In this document: piece by piece, positions 9,759 through 18,147 of the stretch | How the letters are laid out: every line of letters begins with the position of its first letter | Position numbering within the stretch: position 1 is the stretch's first letter | Assembly (NCBI GenBank): GCA_965222615.1 | Contig: CBDCUI010000007.1 | Coordinates: forward strand, 32,001-96,000 | Direction: 5' to 3' | DNA length: 64,000 nt | From: Gammaproteobacteria bacterium | Lineage (GTDB): Bacteria; Pseudomonadota; Gammaproteobacteria; UBA4575 | Program-made: the position numbers and the translations under genes | The notes under the pieces: generated by a model | Told to the model about the DNA's origin: nothing | The model's input: only the letters and a program-made list of their open reading frames with translations | Databases searched by the model: none

Positions 9759-10768
9759 TTTTAACTAAGAAACTTACTTGTTTAGCAAATGCCCGCACTT
9801 GTGCGGGCATTTTTTTCTTTTGGCTTATACTTTTTGCCTGTGCAACCCCGCAAACCAAGCAATTAATGCTACAAAAACCACAAGATCTACCTGATCAAGC
9901 ATTAATTTCCGAGGTTCCTTTTTACCCACAAGAACAATTTCATTGTGGACCCGCCACTTTAGCGATGGCAATGAATTTTTATGGCGACACCTTATCTGCT
10001 GAAGAAATTGCTAAAGACGTGTTTACTCCTAACTTGAAAGGCAGCCTTCAAGTTGAAATGAAAGCAGCAGTTCGCAAACGCGGTATGTTGGCTTATGAAC
10101 TAACACCAGAACTAGTGTATCTGCTCGCCGAAGTATCTGTAGGACATCCAGTTATAGTTTTGCAGAATCTGTCTATAAAATGGTATCCAATTTGGCATTA
10201 CGCTCTTGTAATTGGCTACAATTTAAAGCGAAATACTTTAATTTTACACACCGGGAAAAATTCTAACTATGAAGTTGCGATAGGTACATTCGAACTGACC
10301 TGGCAACGAGCAAACAATTGGGCATTAGTCATACTACCCAGTGATACTTTACCTAACGATCGCAATCTTATAAATGTATTACAAGCCGCTGTTGATCTGG
10401 AAGAAGTGGGACAAATTGAACATGCGAATCGTGCCTATCAAGCAATAATTAAACGATGGCCAGAAAGTTTCGTCGCCTTAATGGGTGTAGCGAATACCCA
10501 CCTACTCTTAAAACAACCAGAACAAGCAACGAAAAGTTACCTACGTGCAGCGGAGCTGAAACCTAATGAATCCGATATCTACAATAACCTTGCTTACAGT
10601 CTACTTGCGCAATCCTGTTACAACGCGGCACTCAACTCAGTGCGCTGTGCCATTGCTCTACAGCCGAGCAATCTCGAATACCAAAGTTCACTCAAAGAGA
10701 TCACCGCTTTCGATGACAAGAATGATGAAAAAAATTGCCCCATCTTCAAATGTTCAAAACAAAAGTAA
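9755..10768 (+). CDS. PA2778-family C39-like cysteine peptidase lipoprotein with C-terminal TPR repeats
   Basis: Lipobox LFAC, QFHCGPATLAM (catalytic Cys), WHYALVIGY (His), TPR-like C-terminus (YNNLAYSLL). Confidence 0.8.
   Translation: MILTKKLTCLANARTCAGIFFFWLILFACATPQTKQLMLQKPQDLPDQALISEVPFYPQEQFHCGPATLAMAMNFYGDTLSAEEIAKDVFTPNLKGSLQVEMKAAVRKRGMLAYELTPELVYLLAEVSVGHPVIVLQNLSIKWYPIWHYALVIGYNLKRNTLILHTGKNSNYEVAIGTFELTWQRANNWALVILPSDTLPNDRNLINVLQAAVDLEEVGQIEHANRAYQAIIKRWPESFVALMGVANTHLLLKQPEQATKSYLRAAELKPNESDIYNNLAYSLLAQSCYNAALNSVRCAIALQPSNLEYQSSLKEITAFDDKNDEKNCPIFKCSKQK
9787..9816 (+). terminator. Intrinsic terminator-like hairpin inside the 5' end of the peptidase gene
   Basis: AAATGCCCGCAC-TT-GTGCGGGCATTT followed by further T's. 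Confidence 0.7.
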
Positions 10769-10842
10769 TCACTTTAGGCTGACAGCATAATCAGAATCCA
10801 TCTAAACTAGGCAGTTTGGTAATAAGCAGTTATGGTGTAGAC

Positions 10843-12522
10843 GTGGCTAAGCAAACAAGAAAATTCTCATCTATGGTTGTCGATGGTATCGAACGAGCAC
10901 CTAGTCGAGCCATGTTGCGTGCGGTTGGCTTTAAAGACGATGACTTCAGCAAACCCCAAATTGGCATCGCATCAACCTGGAGCATGGTCACGCCATGCAA
11001 TATGCATATTGATACACTAGCCGATGAAGCCGCACTAGGTGTAAATCAAGCAGGCGGTAAAGCGGTAGTCTTTAATACCATCACCATTTCCGATGGTATC
11101 TCGATGGGTACCGAAGGTATGAAATACTCATTGGTTTCACGTGAGGTAATTGCCGATTCGATAGAAACCGTTGTCGGCTGCGAAGGTTTTGACGGCATTG
11201 TTGCCATTGGTGGATGCGATAAAAATATGCCTGGCTGTTTGATTGCCCTAGCAAGGCTGAATCGACCCGCGGTGTTTGTATATGGCGGTACCATCCTGCC
11301 GGGAAGCTATAAAAATAAAAAAGTCGATGTCATCTCCGTATTTGAAGCCGTTGGTCAACACGCGCAACAGTTGTTATCAGACGATGATTTAAAACGAGTG
11401 GAATCTACTGCCATACCCGGTCCTGGCTCTTGTGGTGGTATGTATACTGCGAATACGATGGCATCTGCAATTGAAGCACTGGGGATGAGTTTGCCAAATA
11501 GTTCGGCCCAAAATGCAATTTCAAAAGATAAAAAACAAGATTGCCTAGCTGCAGGACAAGCAGTGATAAAACTAATCGAAAAAGATATATGCCCTAAAGA
11601 CATCATGACGAAAAAGGCGTTCCAAAATGCTATTACAGTCGTGACGGCCTTAGGTGGATCTACTAATGCGGTTTTACACTTACTCGCCATGGCACATGCC
11701 ATCGGAATAAAACTTAATATAGATGAATTTACTCGAATAGGAAAAAAAGTACCGGTGCTGGCTGATTTACGCCCAAGTGGCAAATATATGATGTCAGAAC
11801 TGATCGAAATCGGTGGCATACAACCCTTGATGCGTATGTTATTGGATAGAGGTTTATTACATGGCGATTGTCTAACCGTTACTGGTAAATCATTAAAACA
11901 AAATTTGCGTGGGATTAAGCACTATCCGAAAACACAAAATATCGTTCACGATTTCAATGACCCAATTAAAAAAGATGGACACTTAGTTGTGTTATATGGA
12001 AACCTCGCCCCTGAAGGAGCAGTGGCCAAAATCTCTGGCAAAGAAGGTTTGCGTTTTACTGGTAAAGCACGTGTGTTTGCATCGGAAGAAAAAGCTTTAG
12101 AAAAAATTTTGGATGGCGGAATAAAAAAAGGCGATGTCATCGTCATTCGTTATGAAGGACCGAAAGGGGGACCAGGCATGCGCGAAATGTTATCGCCTAC
12201 CTCGGCCATTATGGGTAAAGGTTTAGGTAAAGATGTAGCATTAATCACGGATGGTCGCTTTTCGGGTGGCAGCCATGGATTTGTGGTAGGACATATCACC
12301 CCTGAGGCGGCAATTGGAGGACCCTTAGGTTTAATAAAAAATGGTGATCAAATAACCATCGATGCCGAAAAACGTGAGATTAACGTTAAGCTCACTAAAC
12401 AAGAACTCAAGCAACGCAAAAAGAAGTGGCGTCCACCAAAACCACGTTATAAGCATGGTGTTTTGGCAAAGTATGCACAACAAGTATCCTCAGCTTCTTT
12501 GGGCGCAGTAACTGACTTATAA
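10843..12522 (+). CDS. ilvD: Dihydroxy-acid dehydratase
   Basis: TPCNMH, SDGISMG, GGCDKNMPG, GSCGGMYTANTM, DGRFSGG. Start uncertain (10816 TTG, 10843 GTG or a later ATG). Confidence 0.96.
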   Translation: MAKQTRKFSSMVVDGIERAPSRAMLRAVGFKDDDFSKPQIGIASTWSMVTPCNMHIDTLADEAALGVNQAGGKAVVFNTITISDGISMGTEGMKYSLVSREVIADSIETVVGCEGFDGIVAIGGCDKNMPGCLIALARLNRPAVFVYGGTILPGSYKNKKVDVISVFEAVGQHAQQLLSDDDLKRVESTAIPGPGSCGGMYTANTMASAIEALGMSLPNSSAQNAISKDKKQDCLAAGQAVIKLIEKDICPKDIMTKKAFQNAITVVTALGGSTNAVLHLLAMAHAIGIKLNIDEFTRIGKKVPVLADLRPSGKYMMSELIEIGGIQPLMRMLLDRGLLHGDCLTVTGKSLKQNLRGIKHYPKTQNIVHDFNDPIKKDGHLVVLYGNLAPEGAVAKISGKEGLRFTGKARVFASEEKALEKILDGGIKKGDVIVIRYEGPKGGPGMREMLSPTSAIMGKGLGKDVALITDGRFSGGSHGFVVGHITPEAAIGGPLGLIKNGDQITIDAEKREINVKLTKQELKQRKKKWRPPKPRYKHGVLAKYAQQVSSASLGAVTDL

Positions 12523-12548
12523 ATAAACTATTAAAAGCATAAATTGTC

Positions 12549-12576
12549 GGCCTATCCTAAATAGTTTAGGATGGCC
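12549..12576 (+). terminator. Stem-loop downstream of ilvD
   Basis: GGCC(T)ATCCTAAA-TAG-TTTAGGATGGCC; weak U-tract. Confidence 0.45.
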
Positions 12577-12644
12577 TCGCTTGATAATTACTACTTAAGT
12601 ATTACCACTAAAAACAACGAAAAATTTCCCTGAAGGAGTTGTCG

Positions 12645-13283
12645 ATGGCGACATTACTATCCCCTGAAGAACTAGAAGCCATAATGGAACGTAAAAACAA
12701 GATGCGTCGTGAGGCCTATGACCGTCGTAATGCACAAGAAGATAAAGATGAGCTCAGTGCACGTGCTTGCGAGAAGTTTATGGCACTACCTGAATATCAA
12801 AATGCCAACGTAGCAATGTGGTATATCGATTGCAGATCCGAAACACGTACTAAACCCCACCTATTAGAAGAAGTCGCTAAAGGCGAGAAAAAAATTATCG
12901 TTCCTTATTGCACCGAAGACGAAAATGGTGAAAACAAGCTAGGTCTTTGGTGGATGGAAAGCTTAGAGGAAATGGTAGTAGGTAAATGGAATATTCTGGA
13001 GCCGCCAAAAGAACTGTGGGGCAACCCTGAAAAAGAGGTCGAGGCCGAAGAGCTCGACATCATCATGGTTCCTGGTGTCGGCTTTGATCGAAAAGGCGGA
13101 CGTATGGGCAACGGACAGGGTTACTATGATCGTTTACTTGAAAAGGCACGACCGGATTGTCCTTTAATAGCATTATGCTATGAATCACAGTTGTTTGATG
13201 AGATTCTAGTCGCACCACATGATGTCTACATGGATAAAGTTATCACTGAAGATGCAGTCTATGATGGCATAGGCCGAGGATAA
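12645..13283 (+). CDS. ygfA: 5-formyltetrahydrofolate cyclo-ligase
   Basis: ILEPP, DIIMVPGVGFDRKGGRMGNGQGYYDRLL, PHDVYMDKVITE; AAGGAG RBS before ATG at 12645. Confidence 0.92.
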   Translation: MATLLSPEELEAIMERKNKMRREAYDRRNAQEDKDELSARACEKFMALPEYQNANVAMWYIDCRSETRTKPHLLEEVAKGEKKIIVPYCTEDENGENKLGLWWMESLEEMVVGKWNILEPPKELWGNPEKEVEAEELDIIMVPGVGFDRKGGRMGNGQGYYDRLLEKARPDCPLIALCYESQLFDEILVAPHDVYMDKVITEDAVYDGIGRG

Positions 13284-13289
13284 TCGCTT

Positions 13290-14213
13290 ATGGCTGCAAA
13301 AATTGATGACACTTATGCAGAGGCGTTTAAAAGTTTATATACAGAATTTTTAATCACTGCACGCGATCGCAAATGGCTAGACCATGCTGTGAACGCAGCA
13401 ACTGGGAATGCCTCAAGTTCAATTTTATGTGACTGCGAAGCAGGCATGGATCGTTATGTAGGCCCTGGTGGAGATGAGAGTTTTACAACACCAGATGGTC
13501 GCCCTGGTGCAATTGTGCAGTTACATGTTCCTCGTTTTCGTAAAGATCGCGTAGAAGCCCTAGAACGTTCGGCATTAGTTCGTATTAGTCAAAATGTATT
13601 AACCTGCCCAACTGCTTCTTGCTTTAATTTGATCGATTCAGAAGAGTATTATCACATGGGCCGTAAAGTAGCTTACTTTGGCAACGGCTATCAAAAACGC
13701 ATTGAACGCTTTGGTCGCAAGATGTGGTGGATTCCGATTCTTGGTGGTGAATTTATTTTAGATCGTCGCTTGGGTTACGCAGACGGCCTCATGGGTGGCA
13801 ATTTATGGTTCTTTGGTGACAGTGTCGATTCCGCATTATTGGCTGCAGAAAAAGGGGTGGAAGCGATACTACCAATGCCGGGGGTCATAACCACCTTTCC
13901 AGGTGGCATTGCGGGCAGTGGTTCCAAGGCCGGCAGTAATTACGACTTCACGATTGCCAGCACTTACGAAAAATTTTGTCCTTTACTGCAAGATGATCCA
14001 ACGGTAGAAGCAGGACTGCCTGAAGGTGTTAACTGTGTAATGGAGATCATTATGAATGGTCAAGGTATGCAACCTATTGTCGATGCCACCCAAGCAGCAA
14101 TCAAAGCTTCTGTAGACACTCCGGGCTTAATTATGATCTCTGCGGGTAATTATGGTGGGCGTTTGGGGAAATCCTTTATCTACCTAGATCCCTCCAAACA
14201 ACCTACAGCTTAA
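13290..14213 (+). CDS. ftr: Formylmethanofuran--tetrahydromethanopterin N-formyltransferase (Ftr/FhcD family)
   Basis: IDDTYAEAF, CDCEAG, TPDGRPG, QNVLTCPT, FPGGIAGSGSKAGS, ISAGNYGGRLG. Confidence 0.9.
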   Translation: MAAKIDDTYAEAFKSLYTEFLITARDRKWLDHAVNAATGNASSSILCDCEAGMDRYVGPGGDESFTTPDGRPGAIVQLHVPRFRKDRVEALERSALVRISQNVLTCPTASCFNLIDSEEYYHMGRKVAYFGNGYQKRIERFGRKMWWIPILGGEFILDRRLGYADGLMGGNLWFFGDSVDSALLAAEKGVEAILPMPGVITTFPGGIAGSGSKAGSNYDFTIASTYEKFCPLLQDDPTVEAGLPEGVNCVMEIIMNGQGMQPIVDATQAAIKASVDTPGLIMISAGNYGGRLGKSFIYLDPSKQPTA

Positions 14214-14362
14214 GAAGCTCTGAGTTTATTCTTCTACTTCGTTAAAAAAGTATTTCGAAATGCTCATGTACTTAGTATGTACACTGCGCTTTCGAAATAT
14301 TTTTTGCCTCGTATAAGACGCTCATGTTATTGAGTAACATGAGCTAATAAATCAGAACTCCC
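14214..14362 (-). repeat. RPE-like palindromic miniature element, copy A
   Basis: Imperfect terminal inverted repeats GAAGCTCTGAGTTTATT...AATAAATCAGAACTCC; minus-strand core CGAGGC...GCGCAGTGTAC-N7-GTACATGAGCATT...AACGAAG shared with copies B and C. Confidence 0.75.
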
Positions 14363-14373
14363 TTTAATTTGTT

Positions 14374-15252
14374 ATGACTTCGGAATTTGAAAAAACATCT
14401 GGTGGGGCCATCTTGATGGATGGAAAAGCTGTCGCTGAAGTACTGCAAACTAGAGTAGCCAACAAATTAGCACAGTCTCCCAACTCCAAAGTAACTCTTG
14501 CAACAGTATTAATTGGTAACGACCCTGCTAGTAATCTTTATGTAGAAATGAAGCAACGTCGTGCAACTGCGGTCGGTATACAGTCTAAGCATATACAACT
14601 ATCTAGCGATGTATCCATGCCTCAAGCATCTGAAGAAGTCTTAACACTGGTTGAAAATCCCCATGTACATGGAATTCTGATTCAGTTACCACTTCCTCCT
14701 CAACTCGATACTCACAAGATTATTGATTTGCTCCCAGCTGAAAAAGATGTGGATGGCTTAAGTAACAACAATCTTGGCAAGTTATTACGTGGAGAACCTG
14801 GACTAGTACCCTGTACACCCTTAGGGGTAATGTGTTTATTGGAGCACTATAATATTCCTACTGCTGGCCAACGAGCGGTGGTAATTGGCCGCTCCACATT
14901 AGTAGGACTACCACAAGTATTATTATTGGCACGCAAAGGAATCGATGCGACCGTTACGCTAGCGCATTCACGCAGTGGTGATTTAGTGGAAATTACAAAA
15001 TCAGCAGACATCATTATTGCTGCAGCTGGCATGGCTCGTTTAGTTACCAAGAAACATGTCAAGCCTGGCGCCACCGTAATTGATGTTGGGGTAACACGTA
15101 CCGATGACGGTATTCAAGGTGATGTAGATTTTGATCAAGTACAATCCACTGCAGGCGCCATCACTCCCATGCCGGGCGGTACAGGACCGATGACCGTAGC
15201 ATGTTTATTGGAAAACACATTGCATGCAGCCAAGTTGCAAAATGCGCTCTAA
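14374..15252 (+). CDS. folD: Bifunctional methylene-THF dehydrogenase/methenyl-THF cyclohydrolase
   Basis: GILIQLPLP, EKDVDG, PCTPLG, VIGRSTLVGLP, ITPMPGGTGPMTVACLLEN. Confidence 0.95.
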   Translation: MTSEFEKTSGGAILMDGKAVAEVLQTRVANKLAQSPNSKVTLATVLIGNDPASNLYVEMKQRRATAVGIQSKHIQLSSDVSMPQASEEVLTLVENPHVHGILIQLPLPPQLDTHKIIDLLPAEKDVDGLSNNNLGKLLRGEPGLVPCTPLGVMCLLEHYNIPTAGQRAVVIGRSTLVGLPQVLLLARKGIDATVTLAHSRSGDLVEITKSADIIIAAAGMARLVTKKHVKPGATVIDVGVTRTDDGIQGDVDFDQVQSTAGAITPMPGGTGPMTVACLLENTLHAAKLQNAL

Positions 15253-15262
15253 GATAAGTGCA

Positions 15263-15297
15263 TTAACCCGGTTAAGTGCGATTTATTACCCTATAAT
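15263..15297 (+). promoter_or_regulatory. sga promoter region: palindromic LysR/CbbR(QscR)-type box plus TATAAT -10
   Basis: TTAAC-CCG-GTTAA (T-N11-A, TNA-N7-TNA) at 15263-15275; TATAAT at 15292-15297. Confidence 0.4.
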
Positions 15298-15483
15298 ATC
15301 CATCACGTAATATGCAAATTGCTTGAGCCGACTATAGGGCTTATGGCAAGATGCTGAACTTTTCGCGCAACTGTGTTGCTTGCGAATGTGGCAGCTCCGG
15401 CCGCTGATATAAAAACTGTGATAATAATCGGGGCTCATTCACTTTTTTAATTTTTAATAAAATTCAATAAAAGGGTTCACGTT

Positions 15484-16752
15484 ATGCCTGGAGAAAAATT
15501 ATCATTCCCTGGAAGAAATTATTTATTCGCGCCTGGTCCTACTCATATTCCTCAGGCAGTTCAAAACGCTATGATCTGCCCACAAGAAGATCACCGTGCT
15601 CCTGATTTTCCACAACTCGTTAAACCCTTACTCAAAGACGTTAAAAAAATATTTAAAACCACAAAAGGAACATGTTTTTTGTTCCCCGCAACGGGAACCG
15701 CTGGTTGGGAGGTTGCCTTAGCAAATACCATGTCTCCTGGCGACAAAATTCTGACTACACGTTTTGGACAATTTAGTCATTTATGGTACGACCTGTCTTG
15801 CCGCATCGGTTTAGATGTACAACTTGTGGAGACACCATGGGGCGAAGGTGTACCCATCGACAAATTTAAAAAGATTTTACAAGCCGACAAAAAACATCAA
15901 ATTAAAGCAGTAGTCGTTTGTCATAATGAAACGGCCACGGGTGTAACTAGCGATATCGCTGCATTAGGTAAAATGCTGAAACAAATTAAGCACCCTGCAC
16001 TACTCATGGTTGATGGCGTAAGCTCTATCGCTAGTATCGATTTTCGTATGGATCAGTGGGGAGTCGATGTGGCAGTGAGTGGTTCTCAAAAAGGATTCAT
16101 GCTTCCTGCGGGCATGGCCATACTTGCATTTAGCCCTCGCGCAATGAATGCTCGCAAAAAAGCGAAATGCGCGCGTTGTTTTCTCGATATTCAAGATCAT
16201 ATTAATGCCAATAAAGATGGCTACTTTCCTTACACACCTTCTGTACCCATGTTACGTGGACTGCGTGCAGCACTTGATTTGCTGATGGACGAAGGTCTGG
16301 AGAATGTATTTAAACGGCACCATCGCTTGGCCGAAGGTGTGCGTAAAGCAGTCAAGGCATGGGGTATGAAACCTTGTGCCAGAGCGCCTAAATGGTATTC
16401 CGATACGGTTACCGCAATTATGGTTCCATCTAGTGTCAATGCTGCGGAAGTTATCCATATTGCTTACCATCGCTACAATATTTCACTCGGCGCAGGTTTA
16501 TCCAAAGTTGCTGGCAAAGTGTTTCGCATTGGTCACTTAGGTGATAATAACGAAGCACGCATGATGGCAGTATTGGGCTCGGTTGAAATGGCGATGAACG
16601 ATGCCGGCATGAAAATTAAACCTGGTAGTGGAGTAGCAGCGGCAGAAGAATATTATCGTAAGACTGCCAAAAAGATTAAAAAGTTTGGAGCTACTCAAGC
16701 ACCGCGTGAAGCACGTACCGCTACTAAAAAGAAAAGAGCAAAAAGAAAATAA
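15484..16752 (+). CDS. sgaA: Serine--glyoxylate aminotransferase
   Basis: PGPTHIP, EDHRAPDF, HNETATGVTSD, DGVSSIAS, GSQKGFMLPAG (PLP lysine), FRIGHLG; serine-cycle context. Confidence 0.93.
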   Translation: MPGEKLSFPGRNYLFAPGPTHIPQAVQNAMICPQEDHRAPDFPQLVKPLLKDVKKIFKTTKGTCFLFPATGTAGWEVALANTMSPGDKILTTRFGQFSHLWYDLSCRIGLDVQLVETPWGEGVPIDKFKKILQADKKHQIKAVVVCHNETATGVTSDIAALGKMLKQIKHPALLMVDGVSSIASIDFRMDQWGVDVAVSGSQKGFMLPAGMAILAFSPRAMNARKKAKCARCFLDIQDHINANKDGYFPYTPSVPMLRGLRAALDLLMDEGLENVFKRHHRLAEGVRKAVKAWGMKPCARAPKWYSDTVTAIMVPSSVNAAEVIHIAYHRYNISLGAGLSKVAGKVFRIGHLGDNNEARMMAVLGSVEMAMNDAGMKIKPGSGVAAAEEYYRKTAKKIKKFGATQAPREARTATKKKRAKRK

Positions 16753-16770
16753 ATTGAATAACTAAAACAC

Positions 16771-16991
16771 GGGAGGCTATGATTTATTAGCCATGTAAAC
16801 ATGGCGACTTAGACGAGGCAAAAAATGTTGAGACAAATCTGCTGGGAGCAGATTTGGGAAGCTCTGCTAGCCGCAGGCCGAGTACCAGGAAGGTACGAGT
16901 CAAAGCGGAGTTTACACGCTAGTTTGCGGCTTTGCCGCCCCGCATTTTGAAACATTTTTTAACGAAGTATAAGAATAAATCAGAGCTTCCA
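16771..16991 (+). repeat. RPE-like palindromic element, copy B, with nested insert(s)
   Basis: Termini GGAGGCTATGATTTATT...AATAAATCAGAGCTTCC and core CGAGGCAAAAAATGTT...GCGGAGTTTACAC...AACATTTTTTAACGAAG as in copy A; extra ~70 bp CAAATCTGCTGGGAGCAGATTTG...GTACCAGGAAGGTAC inside. Confidence 0.75.
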
Positions 16992-17023
16992 TATAACATT
17001 CACTAAAATTTAGGTAGAAGCTT

Positions 17024-17965
17024 ATGAGTTTTACTCAATACAAACCCGCACAACTCCGCGTACAACGTTGCGAATTGGCTGTTCCCGGATCGAATCCTAA
17101 AATGATGGAAAAAGCAGTCACATGTGCTGCGGATTATGTTTTTCTAGATTTGGAAGACGCCGTCGCACCGGACGATAAAGTCCAAGCACGAAAAAATGTA
17201 ATTGCTGCGCTAAAAGAACATGACTGGAAAGGTAACGGCAAAACTGTATCCGTGCGTATCAATGGATTAGATACCCATTATATGTACCGCGATGTGGTAG
17301 ACGTGGTCGAACAAGCCGGCGATAAACTAGATACCATCTTGATTCCAAAAGTAGGTACAACCGGGGATGTGTATATGGTAGATGCCATGGTGACCCAGAT
17401 TGAAGAAGCCATGGGACTCAACAATAAAATTGGCTTGGAGGCGTTGATTGAAACGGCATTAGGCATGGCTAATGTGGAAGCCATTGCCACTTCAAGTCCA
17501 CGTATGGAGGCCATGCATTTTGGTGTGGCGGATTATGCTGCAAGTAATCGTGCCCGTACGGTGAATATCGGTGGTCTAAATCCCGATTACCCAGGCGATC
17601 AATGGCATGCGGCGATTTCGCGCATGACTGTGGCTTGCCGTGCCTATGGATTACGCCCTATTGATGGCCCGTTTGGCGATTTCAATGACCCTGATGGTTA
17701 TTTACTAGCCGCTCGACGTGCTGCCGCCCTTGGCTGTGAAGGTAAATGGGCCATTCACCCAAAACAAATCGAACTGGCTAACGAGGTATTCTCACCTCCT
17801 GAAGCAGAAGTAACCAAGGCAAAAAGAATCCTTGAGGAGCTAGAAAAGGCAGCCAAAGAAGGTAAAGGTGCTGCCTCTTTAGATGGAAAAATGATCGATG
17901 CGGCTTCGGCCCGAATGGCTGAAAATGTGGTTCGAGCTGCCGATGCGATTGCCGCAAAATCTTAA
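17024..17965 (+). CDS. mcl: Malyl-CoA lyase
   Basis: RVQRCELAVPGSNP, FLDLEDAVAP, VRINGLDTHYMYRDVV, HFGVADYAAS, DGPFGDF, GKWAIHP. Confidence 0.93.
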   Translation: MSFTQYKPAQLRVQRCELAVPGSNPKMMEKAVTCAADYVFLDLEDAVAPDDKVQARKNVIAALKEHDWKGNGKTVSVRINGLDTHYMYRDVVDVVEQAGDKLDTILIPKVGTTGDVYMVDAMVTQIEEAMGLNNKIGLEALIETALGMANVEAIATSSPRMEAMHFGVADYAASNRARTVNIGGLNPDYPGDQWHAAISRMTVACRAYGLRPIDGPFGDFNDPDGYLLAARRAAALGCEGKWAIHPKQIELANEVFSPPEAEVTKAKRILEELEKAAKEGKGAASLDGKMIDAASARMAENVVRAADAIAAKS

Positions 17966-18147
17966 GTTATAGCGCTAATGCTGAGCTAGAACAGATAACG
18001 CAGTTAATATTGCTTATTTTTTAAGCAATTATCCAACAAGAGGGTTTGTCGAGAGGCGACCGAATAGGCTATAAAAGGCCCTCGGTCCGACACATAAACT
18101 TCGACCGACGCTGATAAGAATAAATCATTTTCTCGGGAGGGAATTAA

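Noticed and set aside
14214-16991. CRISPR array or riboswitch in the palindromic intergenic regions of the C1 cluster
   Set aside because: No regularly spaced direct repeats; the sequences match each other and copy C in opposite orientations, so they are dispersed repeats
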